DNA of 37,926 bases from a virus (IMGVR_UViG_3300043442_000982:1-37926), one strand, 5' to 3'; counted from the first letter of the stretch, positions 8,801 to 17,192 are shown. Translations and numbers: made by a program. Notes: generated by a model from the sequence alone, not told the origin.

Positions 8801-11800
8801 TTCGCCGCGGACTCTGAACCACGAGCAGGCGCTGGCCCGTCTCGATGCGATGGTGCAGTCGTTGGGCGAAGAGGGCACCATCGAGGCGTTGGTGGGTGGA
8901 GTTCCTATTCTGGGGCCGGGGCGCGTGGTCAAGGAAGAGCGGCCTGCGCTGGTCTATCTCTTTGGCCCCAAGATCGGCCAGTACGCGATGGACAAGCTCG
9001 GGATGCCGGGCGGCGGCAAGTCCACGATCGACCTCTGGATGGCGCGGCTGGACTATGCGCTTCGCGGCGACAAGGCTGGCGCGGCGGGCGGCAAGATGCA
9101 GGACGCGGTCTCGCCCGAGATGCGTCGCCGGATGCAACAGGTGCTGGCAGAGTTCGCGACCCGCAATAATATGCCAGAGTCAAGCGCTCAGGCGCTGGCG
9201 TGGTATGCCATCAAGAACGCCTTCCGTAATGCAGGGGCGAAGGAGAAACGGCTCGCCTACACGACCTTGGGCAGTGGCACGACCGAGGCGCTGATGAGTC
9301 CGGCCAAGGACTTCTCGACCCCGATCGCGCAGGGGTTGATGCGTGGCCAATCTTACGCTCGCGCCGCGGAAGGCTGGGATGATAAGACGCTCCGCGAGTT
9401 TGCTCGGCGCACTGGACGCGAAGGAGCGATTCAACCGATTGCCGGAGCCTTTGCCGGGAAAGTTTTCGATATTGGCGGAGCTACTGGCGAAGTGTTCCGC
9501 CGTCTGGCCAGCACGGAAGCTGGTAGGCGGGCGCTGGTGAAGACGGGTGTGATCGGCGCGGGTGAGCTCGTTGAGACGGCGGGTGAGGGCGAGGACGGGA
9601 GCCCGTTCCTCCGAGCGACTGGCAAGGGCATGAAGGCATTGGGCGCGGCCTCGCTGGTGTACCCAACGATGAAGCGCGGAGCCGTGGCTGGTGGGACGCG
9701 TGTTCGCGATGCACTGGCGCAGTCGCCGCAGGGTCGGTTCATCCTGAACTCGATTAGTCGCGACATCCTCGCCGATCCACGCGTCAAGGAGCTCGTCGAA
9801 GCCGCGGTCGATGAGCAGGCGCGGTATAACGCGATCTCCCGCCAGCTCTCGGCTGAGGCCCAACGCCTTGGCCCTGAGGGGAATCGACTGGTGTCGGATG
9901 TGGTCGAGCAAGAGGCATTTGAGAACGCCCAGATGTCGCCCGACGATATGGCCGCGGTCATTGCACTGGCCAATCGCATCGCGGATGCCGTCGAGGGGAT
10001 GGGGGCCGAGAAGGTCGGTCAGCGGCTGATCTCGCCTGCCACTTACGAGAAGGGACGCCGGACGTATCTGCGTCGTGACTATGCGCGGTATGCTGGCGAA
10101 GCGGCGATGGAGGAAACCCCGGCGGGTGCGCGGAAGGCCCCGTTCCGCCTCGAGACGATGAAGCAACGCCTTGACCTTACGCCGGAACAACGCAACGAGC
10201 TGGGTGAGATTCGCGAGGCCTCGTACAAGGTAGCCCAGACCATCGGTCGTGGCGGGAAGGACATCGCCACCGCCCGCCTCTTTAACGCGCTGGCCGATCT
10301 GCCCGGGATGGTCGAGCCGCGGTACAAGGCGGCCCTCGATGAGATGCTGATCGCAAAGGGGCTACGGGATGCCGCCCGTGAGACGGGTGACGATGTGGCC
10401 GCGAAGGATGCCGCTCGCGCCTACCTCGAGGCGAAAGGCCGACTCAAGCAGGTTAGCGATGAGTTTAAAAAGAACCCGTCCGAGTATGTCACGATGCCGG
10501 ATACGCCAAACCTTGGCGTGTTGCGCGGAGCGGTGGTGCGCCGAGATGTGGCGGATTATGTCAACGGCGTCGATGACTTCGGGGACACGACAAGCATTTT
10601 CAAACAGCTTAATCAGATCTGGAAAAAGGTTAAGACGGTTTACAATGCCAGCACCCATTTCGGCAATTTCATGTCGAATATCGGCGTGGCGCACGTCAAG
10701 GGGCTCCCGATTCAGCTTCAGCCGTATTATCTCAAGCTGGCCGCGGATGCGCTTGACCCGAACATTAAGTTCGCGGTGGGGCGAACGATCGCTGGCGGGG
10801 CTGTCGGTGGGATGCTTGGCGATACGCCAGCGGAACGGGCGCAGTACGCGCTCGCTGGGGCCGCGGCGGCTGGAGCTGGACCGGAGGTACTGCGTCGGAC
10901 CGGGGTGCTCAAGAGCCAGAAGCGCCCGATCAAATACGATCCCGACGTGCAGTTCCTGACGGAGAGCGGAATACTTGGGAGCAGTCTGCCATTCTACGGC
11001 AACCTGCCGATGCAGGGACTAACCGAGGATCGCACCGCCCTGCGGGCACTGGCTGGTACGACGCGGCCCGAGACCCGCACGGTCTTAGCTGAGCAGGGCA
11101 TTAAGCCAATGGGTCGGGCCGAGCAGGTCGCCCGTGAAGCTGACACGCGGATTACACGAGCCTACGCGCTCGAGGACGGCATCTTCCGCGTGGCGCTCTT
11201 TAAGCGATTCAAGGATCAAGGCCTCGACAACGCGCAAGCCTTGGCCAAGCTGAAGGAATCTTTCCCGAGCTATGATACCCGCTCGCCCATCTTGAAAGTT
11301 ACACGAAACTTTTACTCGCCGTTCGTGATGTTCTCGGCGAAGTATATCCCGATGATGCTGGACGGGATCATGCAACATCCGGAGCGGTGGGTCACACTGG
11401 CCGCGATCTGGGGCGGGGTGAACGAGCTCAGCCGGAGGCAGTACGGGGAGGTCAGGCCTGAGGACCTGCCAGCTAACCAGCGCGATTACAATTATCTCAT
11501 TCCCGGGCGCATTCAGGTTGATGCGATTACGCGCCCGGCATTTAAGGCGCTTGGAATCGACGTGCCTGAGGGTGACAAGTACACCTTCGACGTGGCTCGG
11601 TGGACGCCGTTCTCGGCGATTACAGGGTCGCCTGCGCCGGGTATGATTGCCTCACAACTAGACATTGGTGGGTTACCTATTCCGGCAATCGCGCAACCCG
11701 GCGGTCCCATCGTGGACGTGGCGGCGCTGGCGTTCGGGGTCGATCCATTCACTGGAGAAAAAATACTCCAACCGGGGATGTCAGGAACCGAACAACTTGA

Positions 11801-12143
11801 AGCAATAGCTGGGCAGGCCGCCAGTATTGCGACGCCATCAATGCTGTCTTTTCAGATTCCCCGCATTCTTAAGGATCTCGAACGGGGTGATGATGCCGCC
11901 GCCGCGGTCGATGCCTTGTCGTTAGTGGGTCTCAGGCCACAGGTCGTCAGGCGTGGGTTGCAGGGAATCCGCGAAAAGAAGAAATACGAGGACGCCGTGC
12001 GTGGCATTCGTATGCGGTACAAAGTCGAGATGCGAAAGAATCGCGACCCTGAACGCCGCAAGGAACTTCAGGAGGAGGCAATGCGCGGGCTCCTGCGCGA
12101 GGCGCAAAAGTACAAGGCCATCATGCAACCCGAGATGCCGTGA
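5892..12143 (+). CDS. Giant internal virion/ejection (polyvalent-type) protein with a central HhH-glycosylase-like domain
   Basis: 2083 aa. Duplicated GNLFDNIY at the N-terminus, glycine-zipper segments, and the central motif set DWY...SILSS...FGPKIGQY...TIDLWMAR...AQALAW. Confidence 0.7.
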   Translation: MTAPGNLFDNIYKSPTQRSTTGNLFDNIYISEEERKRREAEEARRQELFRGAGASGTFEEPTLSDRAKRIGEQAKRLGSILETRTTAGATDLAANLAGLARRVRVPGAATAETMLRGTALQQRQQIQPETATEALAALAGESVAPVASAYATGGFLTSIGRGAGPLASAARAIAGPEKLTGSMLQRTGQVLRRGVGGTAVAAPLVTVPGAIAGGQQSTTASLSQMLDALAQRPRTELAPDAGILERTGRAVGEAVEEPAREALGALSKTAGGRVVGDLLTDFFFGTVPEIGFRGGRMAVREGTAATRRGATKVSDLIADRLKLRQPPTEDAAEAAARKLAEQEAEAAAAKAAEEQARREAQRAAEERLMAEPPSAISQAMRGFQREMQGYGPRALEIPAREVPQAPSVRQAIEEMRAPFVGQARAEREIAENAARLEAEREAYRQTVRETREGQLAGLGRQAMAAEQAAADQLVAPTTIQQRALEALRSPRGRAALAGVAQAGIGAGVGMGLGETPEEKAFLAMTLAGVPAAGRDLPPSALPTIPQEVRSVGRFGFVRTPETYVLDEVLEREHVNNVLRLTEPRLAGRGAKPTEVAGGTGLFGGEASPNALYRFDEAVDDDAIRQTAAIRGLAYGQDQQLWYRRSVDTDLPENKTKSIVVTGPAGAPLSEQAIADVISRVRQDDVLGTYGGATRDGDHLMFLNLKRYTGMDDDEFQRRVMQGLADVGQQHDIKPFNSTFYAEHLDGTPAYLRTLGRYPDALRAARDAIVDAAPEYRRYAERIGADVAEVDARVAERLDGLDRLLRQVESPPPLGRTQGAIPLKDAAQTVYTRFPRILGTKPERVVPEMVSRLDTMVNDLVDQGVIPREMAQDWYRGATLDQRAIARLALPELREDPKYTLYTVVNSILSSGQEVPVETRQGLNVFNQYLRTGRFSVLDPESVQYKQALTGGKKGLTGERGEGVLGERMAASPRTLNHEQALARLDAMVQSLGEEGTIEALVGGVPILGPGRVVKEERPALVYLFGPKIGQYAMDKLGMPGGGKSTIDLWMARLDYALRGDKAGAAGGKMQDAVSPEMRRRMQQVLAEFATRNNMPESSAQALAWYAIKNAFRNAGAKEKRLAYTTLGSGTTEALMSPAKDFSTPIAQGLMRGQSYARAAEGWDDKTLREFARRTGREGAIQPIAGAFAGKVFDIGGATGEVFRRLASTEAGRRALVKTGVIGAGELVETAGEGEDGSPFLRATGKGMKALGAASLVYPTMKRGAVAGGTRVRDALAQSPQGRFILNSISRDILADPRVKELVEAAVDEQARYNAISRQLSAEAQRLGPEGNRLVSDVVEQEAFENAQMSPDDMAAVIALANRIADAVEGMGAEKVGQRLISPATYEKGRRTYLRRDYARYAGEAAMEETPAGARKAPFRLETMKQRLDLTPEQRNELGEIREASYKVAQTIGRGGKDIATARLFNALADLPGMVEPRYKAALDEMLIAKGLRDAARETGDDVAAKDAARAYLEAKGRLKQVSDEFKKNPSEYVTMPDTPNLGVLRGAVVRRDVADYVNGVDDFGDTTSIFKQLNQIWKKVKTVYNASTHFGNFMSNIGVAHVKGLPIQLQPYYLKLAADALDPNIKFAVGRTIAGGAVGGMLGDTPAERAQYALAGAAAAGAGPEVLRRTGVLKSQKRPIKYDPDVQFLTESGILGSSLPFYGNLPMQGLTEDRTALRALAGTTRPETRTVLAEQGIKPMGRAEQVAREADTRITRAYALEDGIFRVALFKRFKDQGLDNAQALAKLKESFPSYDTRSPILKVTRNFYSPFVMFSAKYIPMMLDGIMQHPERWVTLAAIWGGVNELSRRQYGEVRPEDLPANQRDYNYLIPGRIQVDAITRPAFKALGIDVPEGDKYTFDVARWTPFSAITGSPAPGMIASQLDIGGLPIPAIAQPGGPIVDVAALAFGVDPFTGEKILQPGMSGTEQLEAIAGQAASIATPSMLSFQIPRILKDLERGDDAAAAVDALSLVGLRPQVVRRGLQGIREKKKYEDAVRGIRMRYKVEMRKNRDPERRKELQEEAMRGLLREAQKYKAIMQPEMP

Positions 12144-12457
12144 TGAGTAAGACCAAGAAGCTCGTCGAAGAGGCGATGTCGAAGAAGTACAAGACCGCGG
12201 CGTGGCAACGCGCTGAGGGGCAGGACCCGGAGGGCGGCCTGAACGAGAAGGGCCGCGCCAGCTTGCGGGCGCAAGGGCAGGACATCAAGCGCCCCGTCAA
12301 GCGTGAGGAAGCCGAGCGCTCGGACGCGGCCGCGGGACGCCGCAAGTCTTTCTGCGCCCGGATGCAGGGGATGAAGGAGAAGTTGACCTCATCCAAGACC
12401 GCCAATGACCCTAATTCTCGGATTAACAAGTCCCTCCGTGCGTGGGACTGCAACTGA
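12143..12457 (+). CDS. Conserved phage protein (DUF6321-like)
   Basis: AWQRAEGQDPEGGLNEKGRAS...RRKSFCARM...DPNSRINKSLRAWDC matches a family I recall from phage genomes. Confidence 0.75.
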   Translation: MSKTKKLVEEAMSKKYKTAAWQRAEGQDPEGGLNEKGRASLRAQGQDIKRPVKREEAERSDAAAGRRKSFCARMQGMKEKLTSSKTANDPNSRINKSLRAWDCN

Positions 12458-12460
12458 CCT

Positions 12461-12748
12461 ATGACGCACTCACTCTCTGCCTCCCTCTTGGTCGGAGCCG
12501 TGACGGGCTCCGCGTCGGCCTTTATGCAACAGGCCCCCGCCTCGACCCCCACGATGTCGATGGCGGTCCCCCTCCTTTCCGCGTTGATCGGTGCGGTCTC
12601 GAGTTACGCGGTCCTCAAGACGACCGTGCAGACCATCGAGCGGGATGTTCAGCAAATGCGCCGGGACATTGGCCAAATCTACGACCTGACCCGCGACTTG
12701 GCGGTCAAGGTGGCCCGCATCGAGGGTGAGCTGGAGCGCGAGCGGTGA
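12461..12748 (+). CDS. Membrane protein, putative holin/lysis accessory
   Basis: Hydrophobic segment(s) plus a C-terminal coiled-coil; upstream of the endolysin. Confidence 0.55.
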   Translation: MTHSLSASLLVGAVTGSASAFMQQAPASTPTMSMAVPLLSALIGAVSSYAVLKTTVQTIERDVQQMRRDIGQIYDLTRDLAVKVARIEGELERER

Positions 12749-12930
12749 CCAAGCTGGGCGGCCGCAAGTTCGTGCTGTCGCTGATTGGCGTGGCCGCCAT
12801 CTGCTTCCTCGCGATGTACGGCAAGGATGTGGCCGCCTTCGGCTCGATTGCGCTTATCGTCACCGCCTACTCTGGCGCGAACAGCTACATCGAGGGGCGT
12901 CACGCGGGGCGTGATAAACCGACGGAATAA
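12745..12930 (+). CDS. Putative holin (2 TM)
   Basis: GGRKFVLSLIG... with two hydrophobic helices and a charged tail; its stop overlaps the endolysin ATG. Confidence 0.6.
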   Translation: MTKLGGRKFVLSLIGVAAICFLAMYGKDVAAFGSIALIVTAYSGANSYIEGRHAGRDKPTE

Positions 12931-13385
12931 TGGCCGACCTCACCCATCCCTCCCCGAACCACAACGACCGCAAGGGCAAGCCCGTGCAGGTCATCGTCCT
13001 CCACGCGGACGCCAGCCCCAACGAAAAGGGGTGCCTGTCGTGGATACAATCCTCGCAGAGCAAGGTCAGCTACCACGTTTTAGTGGGCCGACTGGGTGAG
13101 GTCTATCGGTGCGTCCCGTTCGACCGCCGGGCGTGGCACTCGGGCAAGAGCGACTGGCACGGGGAGAAGGATGTGAATAGCATCTCCGTGGGGTTGGCCT
13201 TCAGCAACCGGAACGACGGAAAGGAGCCGCTGACCAAGCCCCAAATTGCGGCAATGCGGGACGTGGTGCAGGAGGTCCGGGAGCGGTACGGGATGCTCCC
13301 GGTGACGACCCACGCCGCGGTAGCCCCGGGGCGGAAGACAGACCCGGACATCGTGCCCGGCTTCAAGCTCGAGGACTACCAGTGA
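12930..13385 (+). CDS. Endolysin, N-acetylmuramoyl-L-alanine amidase (Amidase_2 family)
   Basis: Motifs SPNH, IVLH, VSYH, RAWHSG, NSISVG, THAAVAPGRKTDP. Confidence 0.92.
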   Translation: MADLTHPSPNHNDRKGKPVQVIVLHADASPNEKGCLSWIQSSQSKVSYHVLVGRLGEVYRCVPFDRRAWHSGKSDWHGEKDVNSISVGLAFSNRNDGKEPLTKPQIAAMRDVVQEVRERYGMLPVTTHAAVAPGRKTDPDIVPGFKLEDYQ

Positions 13386-13939
13386 CCCGGAGGGCGGGGA
13401 TGGAATGGCTATTCACGGCGGCGTTAGTGGTGGCAGTGGCAGGCCTCTACGGCCACGTCATCCGGTCCGAGGAACGCCAGCGGCTCCGTTCGGAGGTCGC
13501 GAACGCCGAACGTAAGCGGCAGGCCTATGACAGTACCCGCACCGCGGCGATCCAGTCCCAGTATGCCGCCAAGGCCGCGACCAAGCGGACCCTCGAGCGG
13601 GGGGCCAAGCTGGATACTAGCGTGGCCGAAATGCAGAGGGCCGCTTTGGCCGTGGATACTATAACGCCCGCAATAACGGCGTTACTGGCGCAGGTCGATA
13701 GCGTCCGGATGGCGGCCCTGCTGTACCGGACGCAGGTGGACTCGCTGATCTACACCCACGAGCGGGATCGGAAGACGTGGCAGGAGGCGTTGGATGCCGC
13801 TGACCGGGCGCTAGTGGCGCACGACCGGGTTATTCAGCAGATGCGGGCATCGGAGTGCCGGGTCCTCGGCCTTCCCTGCCCGACCCGCACCCAGAGCTTT
13901 TTGGCGGGGACCATCGTCCTGTTGTGGTTGGCGCGATAA
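13382..13939 (+). CDS. Putative spanin-like protein
   Basis: N-terminal TM helix, long coiled-coil, C-terminal CRVLGLPCP plus a hydrophobic tail; follows the endolysin. Confidence 0.5.
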   Translation: MTRRAGMEWLFTAALVVAVAGLYGHVIRSEERQRLRSEVANAERKRQAYDSTRTAAIQSQYAAKAATKRTLERGAKLDTSVAEMQRAALAVDTITPAITALLAQVDSVRMAALLYRTQVDSLIYTHERDRKTWQEALDAADRALVAHDRVIQQMRASECRVLGLPCPTRTQSFLAGTIVLLWLAR

Positions 13940-13947
13940 GCTGGGGC

Positions 13948-13993
13948 TTGACACAGCACGGCGGTGATGTTACATAAGAGTAACCATCACCGG
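13948..13993 (+). promoter_or_regulatory. Sigma70-like promoter overlapped by an inverted repeat (operator or hairpin)
   Basis: TTGACA-17-TACATA (weak -10); near-perfect palindrome CGGTGATGTTAC-ataaga-GTAACCATCACCG. Confidence 0.5.
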
Positions 13994-14000
13994 GGGTGTT

Positions 14001-14225
14001 ATGGCACAGCTTGTCAATGTGGTCTGTCCGGCGTGTGAGGGCAGTGGGAGTTGTGGCAACTATGGTTGCACCTACTGCATGACGCAGGGACATATCGGGG
14101 TCAATCGCAGTGAGGACGGAACGGTTCCAGCGGGGTTCCAAGAATGGGTCGATGTGGAGTTCGCACCGATCCCGAACAATCCCCTGACCCTTCGCTCCGA
14201 GGCGGTTCGTGCCAGCACGACATGA
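14001..14225 (+). CDS. Small Cys-rich (zinc-binding) protein
   Basis: CPACEGSG...CTYCMTQG; GGGGG SD upstream. Confidence 0.6.
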   Translation: MAQLVNVVCPACEGSGSCGNYGCTYCMTQGHIGVNRSEDGTVPAGFQEWVDVEFAPIPNNPLTLRSEAVRASTT

Positions 14226-15552
14226 CCAAACCCCGTGGTCACCTGAAGAATACATTCGATTCACCATCCTAACCGCCTCCGGCGTCTCCGCCGCCGATAC
14301 CGCGACACAGCTCAATCGTGAGTTCCACGGCGGCGAGGCGGTACGAACGCAGTCGAGCATCGTCAATAAGCGAACCCGAGCGAAGCTCAAGGTCGGCCCG
14401 AAGCCCACGACCCCCCTCCCCCCGGCGGGCCTGCCGATCGCCCGCGAGCAGGAGGTCGAGCGCTCTGAGGGCGACGACGGCATCACGGCCCGGGCGGTGG
14501 GCACTCGCATCCGGACGGTCGAGGATCTGCTGGCCCACATCGAGGCGGATCTCACCCGGTTCGAGGTAGCCGAGAGTCAGGCGACCAAGTACGAGACCGC
14601 GGCCAAGGACCCCAACACGGGACAGGTGATCGTCACCGAGCTCCATCGGGTGTATGTCAAGCTCCGGCCCAAGGCGGGACCCTCGATCCTTGAGGCGGTC
14701 GAGGCGTTAATCGCGGGAGCCGTTAAGCCACGGCTGACGATTCGGCCCGTCGTTCCTAAGCCACGGATGAATACGTCGGTCCTGCAGGCGCTGGTGATTG
14801 CCGATCCGCACGTTGGCAAGTATGCGTGGGGGCAGGAGACGGGCGACAAGGACTACGACATCGGGATCGCGACCAAGCTGATCCGTGAGGCCAGTACCGA
14901 GCTCCTCGAGGACGGGGCGCACCGTGGCGTCGGGCACCGGGCGATCCTGCTCCTCGGCGACTACTTCCACTATGACACCCCCCACGGGCAGACCACCAAG
15001 GGCACCCCGCAGGATCGCGACGGGCGGGTCGATAAGATGCTCGAGGCCGGGTCCGAGGCGCTCTTCGATCTGATCGAGACCTCGGCGCAGATGGGACCGA
15101 CCGCGGTGGTGCTAGTCCCCGGCAACCACGATGCCGTGCTGACGGTGGCCCTGCGGCAGATGCTCTCGGCCTACTTCCGCGGCGATCGGCGGGTGAGCAT
15201 AGAGGCTGGGAAGACGACCCGTAAGTACCTGACCCACGGCAAGTGCTTGATCGGCCTGACCCACGGGGACAAGGCGAAGAAGCGGCTCGGCGAGCTGATG
15301 GCCGCGGAGGTCCCGCACCTCTGGGGGCAGTCTACCTACCGCGAGATCCACACGGGCCACCTGCACGGGGAGGCCGAGGTTCAGACGGTGGCCGGGGTGG
15401 TGATCCGGACGGCCCCGGCGCTCTGCCCGCCGGACGGCTGGCACTCCCTCGAGGGGTACGTTGCCAAGCCCCGCGGGATGCAGGCCTTCTACTACCATCC
15501 CGACGGCGCACTCCTCGGCATGACACTTAGCAATCCCGATCGCGGGCGTTAG
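14209..15552 (+). CDS. Calcineurin-like metallophosphoesterase with N-terminal HTH-like region
   Basis: Metallophosphoesterase motifs ADPHVG, LGDYFH, PGNHD, THGD, HTGHLH. Confidence 0.85.
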   Translation: MPARHDQTPWSPEEYIRFTILTASGVSAADTATQLNREFHGGEAVRTQSSIVNKRTRAKLKVGPKPTTPLPPAGLPIAREQEVERSEGDDGITARAVGTRIRTVEDLLAHIEADLTRFEVAESQATKYETAAKDPNTGQVIVTELHRVYVKLRPKAGPSILEAVEALIAGAVKPRLTIRPVVPKPRMNTSVLQALVIADPHVGKYAWGQETGDKDYDIGIATKLIREASTELLEDGAHRGVGHRAILLLGDYFHYDTPHGQTTKGTPQDRDGRVDKMLEAGSEALFDLIETSAQMGPTAVVLVPGNHDAVLTVALRQMLSAYFRGDRRVSIEAGKTTRKYLTHGKCLIGLTHGDKAKKRLGELMAAEVPHLWGQSTYREIHTGHLHGEAEVQTVAGVVIRTAPALCPPDGWHSLEGYVAKPRGMQAFYYHPDGALLGMTLSNPDRGR

Positions 15553-15561
15553 ATTGGCGGT

Positions 15562-15783
15562 ATGTCCACCTGCCTTCACGACCGCGCCGAAGCCTGCCCT
15601 GAGCGCTATAAGGCTATCAGAGACGGGAGGTGCTGGTATAGCTGGGAGGCCAAGGGCTGGTTCGTGATCCGCGGCGGGGTGCCGACAGGCTACACCCGGT
15701 GCCCGTGGTGCGGGGGAAAGCTCCCCACGCTGGTCGATGCGGTCTTGCGGGCGATCGCGGAGCGCGAGGACGATGGCCGCTAG
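15562..15783 (+). CDS. Hypothetical protein (CPWCGG)
   Basis: Tightly packed ORF with a CxxC motif. Confidence 0.55.
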   Translation: MSTCLHDRAEACPERYKAIRDGRCWYSWEAKGWFVIRGGVPTGYTRCPWCGGKLPTLVDAVLRAIAEREDDGR

Positions 15784-16063
15784 ACGCCGCAAGTCCTCGG
15801 TCTTTACCAACCGTAAAGCCTCGGTCTCGGTCCACCGGAATGGGCTGTCGATCGAGATCGGCGACGTGCCCGCCGTGGATGCGGGGGTGGTCGCGAAGGA
15901 GCTGTTGGATATTGTCCGCCAGCTATGGTCGGCAGGCTACGATGAGCTGACCCTCGACCGCGGGGCCTTGCACGGCGGAGTCATCGAGGTGCCGGAAGAA
16001 TACGATGGCGAGGACTACGTCATCCCGCCAGAGGCCAAGCGCCGGATCGGTTTCCACGCATGA
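15773..16063 (+). CDS. Hypothetical protein
   Basis: GAGG SD before the ATG at 15773; ends in RRIGFHA. Confidence 0.6.
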   Translation: MAARRRKSSVFTNRKASVSVHRNGLSIEIGDVPAVDAGVVAKELLDIVRQLWSAGYDELTLDRGALHGGVIEVPEEYDGEDYVIPPEAKRRIGFHA

Positions 16064-16302
16064 TGGTACTGGCCTCGCTCGGTGTCTTTTGTGTCGCCTT
16101 TGCGGTTGACGTAGCCTATGCCTATTACATCCGGCGCACGGCTGAAGGACGCGCTATCTCAGCGGCGCTCTGGTCTGGTGGCATCGCCTTGTCTGGGGCC
16201 GTAAACGTGCTGGCCTATACGCATGACCGACGGCTTATTGTCCCGATGGTTTTCGGGTATATCGCTGGCACATACTGGGCGGTCAAGCGCGACCACGCCT
16301 AA
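16060..16302 (+). CDS. Small 3-TM membrane protein
   Basis: Three hydrophobic segments; ATGA overlap with the upstream gene. Confidence 0.65.
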   Translation: MMVLASLGVFCVAFAVDVAYAYYIRRTAEGRAISAALWSGGIALSGAVNVLAYTHDRRLIVPMVFGYIAGTYWAVKRDHA

Positions 16303-16381
16303 CGAACATCCGGCTACCCCTTACGGGCTGATTTCCACCATAACGGGTAGAAGTCTACCCCTTACCGAGACCCCTGAAACG

Positions 16382-16412
16382 CACGAACCCCAGCACCGAG
16401 GCTGGGGTCGTG
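16382..16412. terminator. Stem-loop at convergent gene junction
   Basis: CACG-a-ACCCCAGC-accgag-GCTGGGGT-CGTG; a short U run (GTTTC) follows on the minus strand. Confidence 0.5.
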
Positions 16413-16468
16413 GGTCACACACAGGGGGAGCATGACGTGTCGCCCGTCTACACAGGCGTGAGGGTACG

Positions 16469-16690
16469 TTATGGCCGGAACCGCCCGGTGTCAAGGGGGG
16501 TGCCGTATTGCTGGGCCGTCGCCCGGGCGAGCTGGACTTGCGCCCAGTGCTCGGGGTAGAAGTGGCTGACGATCCGGTTCCCGCGGAACTGCGATAGCAT
16601 AAGCACCGCCTCCGGGCGGCGACGCGTCGCGACACGCTCGCTCAGGCTGGGGGTCGGCTCGACCAGCTCCTGCACGTCGTCAATTGTCAT
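16469..16690 (-). CDS. Hypothetical protein
   Basis: MTIDDVQELVEP...; AAGGAG SD; overlaps the upstream gene end. Confidence 0.55.
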   Translation of the reverse strand: MTIDDVQELVEPTPSLSERVATRRRPEAVLMLSQFRGNRIVSHFYPEHWAQVQLARATAQQYGTPLDTGRFRP

Positions 16691-16844
16691 CGCGCCGCTC
16701 CTTGAGGCACTCTTCGCAGAGCGCGGTCTCGCATAGATCGCCGTAGCGGTTCTCGCACGACTCATAGACCACGGCATCCTCGTCGCCGCACCAGTCACAA
16801 TCTACGGCGTTCCGCGGTTCAATCGGCAGGTAGTTAGTCAACAT
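16680..16844 (-). CDS. Small Cys-rich protein
   Basis: MLTNYLP...CDWC...CETALCEEC; GAGG SD. Confidence 0.55.
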   Translation of the reverse strand: MLTNYLPIEPRNAVDCDWCGDEDAVVYESCENRYGDLCETALCEECLKERRDDN

Positions 16845-17097
16845 CGCTAAACCTCGCTGGTTGGGGGTCGGTGTCCATCTCGTGGCAGTAGACGCGGAGC
16901 CGCTCACGGACAGCGAGCGGAATCGGGTAGGCCTTCCGGAGCCAGCGCCAGATGCTGACCCGTGAGCGGCCCAGCACCTGCTTGGCAAAGTCGTCAATGG
17001 TGCCGCCGTGGAGCTTCATCGCACGACGAAGGAGGCGAACGCCGGGGCGGGTGACGACCCGCTCTTCTCCGGAAGCGTTGGGAGGATAGTGTGGCAT
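16834..17097 (-). CDS. HTH DNA-binding protein (Cro/CI-like regulator)
   Basis: TIDDFAKQVLGRSRVSIWRWL helix-turn-helix pattern; transcribed divergently from the neighbouring operon. Confidence 0.65.
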   Translation of the reverse strand: MPHYPPNASGEERVVTRPGVRLLRRAMKLHGGTIDDFAKQVLGRSRVSIWRWLRKAYPIPLAVRERLRVYCHEMDTDPQPARFSDVD

Positions 17098-17104
17098 GAG
17101 CAGG

Positions 17105-17134
17105 ACGATAGTGCCGATTTCCCCTCGGCGCAAG
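17105..17134 (-). promoter_or_regulatory. Leftward promoter giving a probable leaderless mRNA
   Basis: Minus strand reads cTTGCGC-17-TATCGT, then 7 nt to the ATG. Confidence 0.6.
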
Positions 17135-17162
17135 TCCCCCCTGAAACACGTTGCAATTGGCA

Positions 17163-17192
17163 CTTGCGTAAGTACAGGCCCACGCATAGATT
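17163..17192 (+). promoter_or_regulatory. Rightward promoter
   Basis: cTTGCGT-17-TAGATT, followed by the CTCACACAGGGAGG leader. Confidence 0.65.

Noticed and set aside
16331-16360. dif/Xer-like site (ATTTCCACCATAA-cgggta-GAAGTCTACC)
   Set aside because: Only one arm loosely resembles a Xer box; the other lacks TTATG.
16376-16445. A fourth complete hammerhead
   Set aside because: GAAAC-stem-GTC is present, but there is no CUGANGA or stem II, so it is reported only as a possible remnant.
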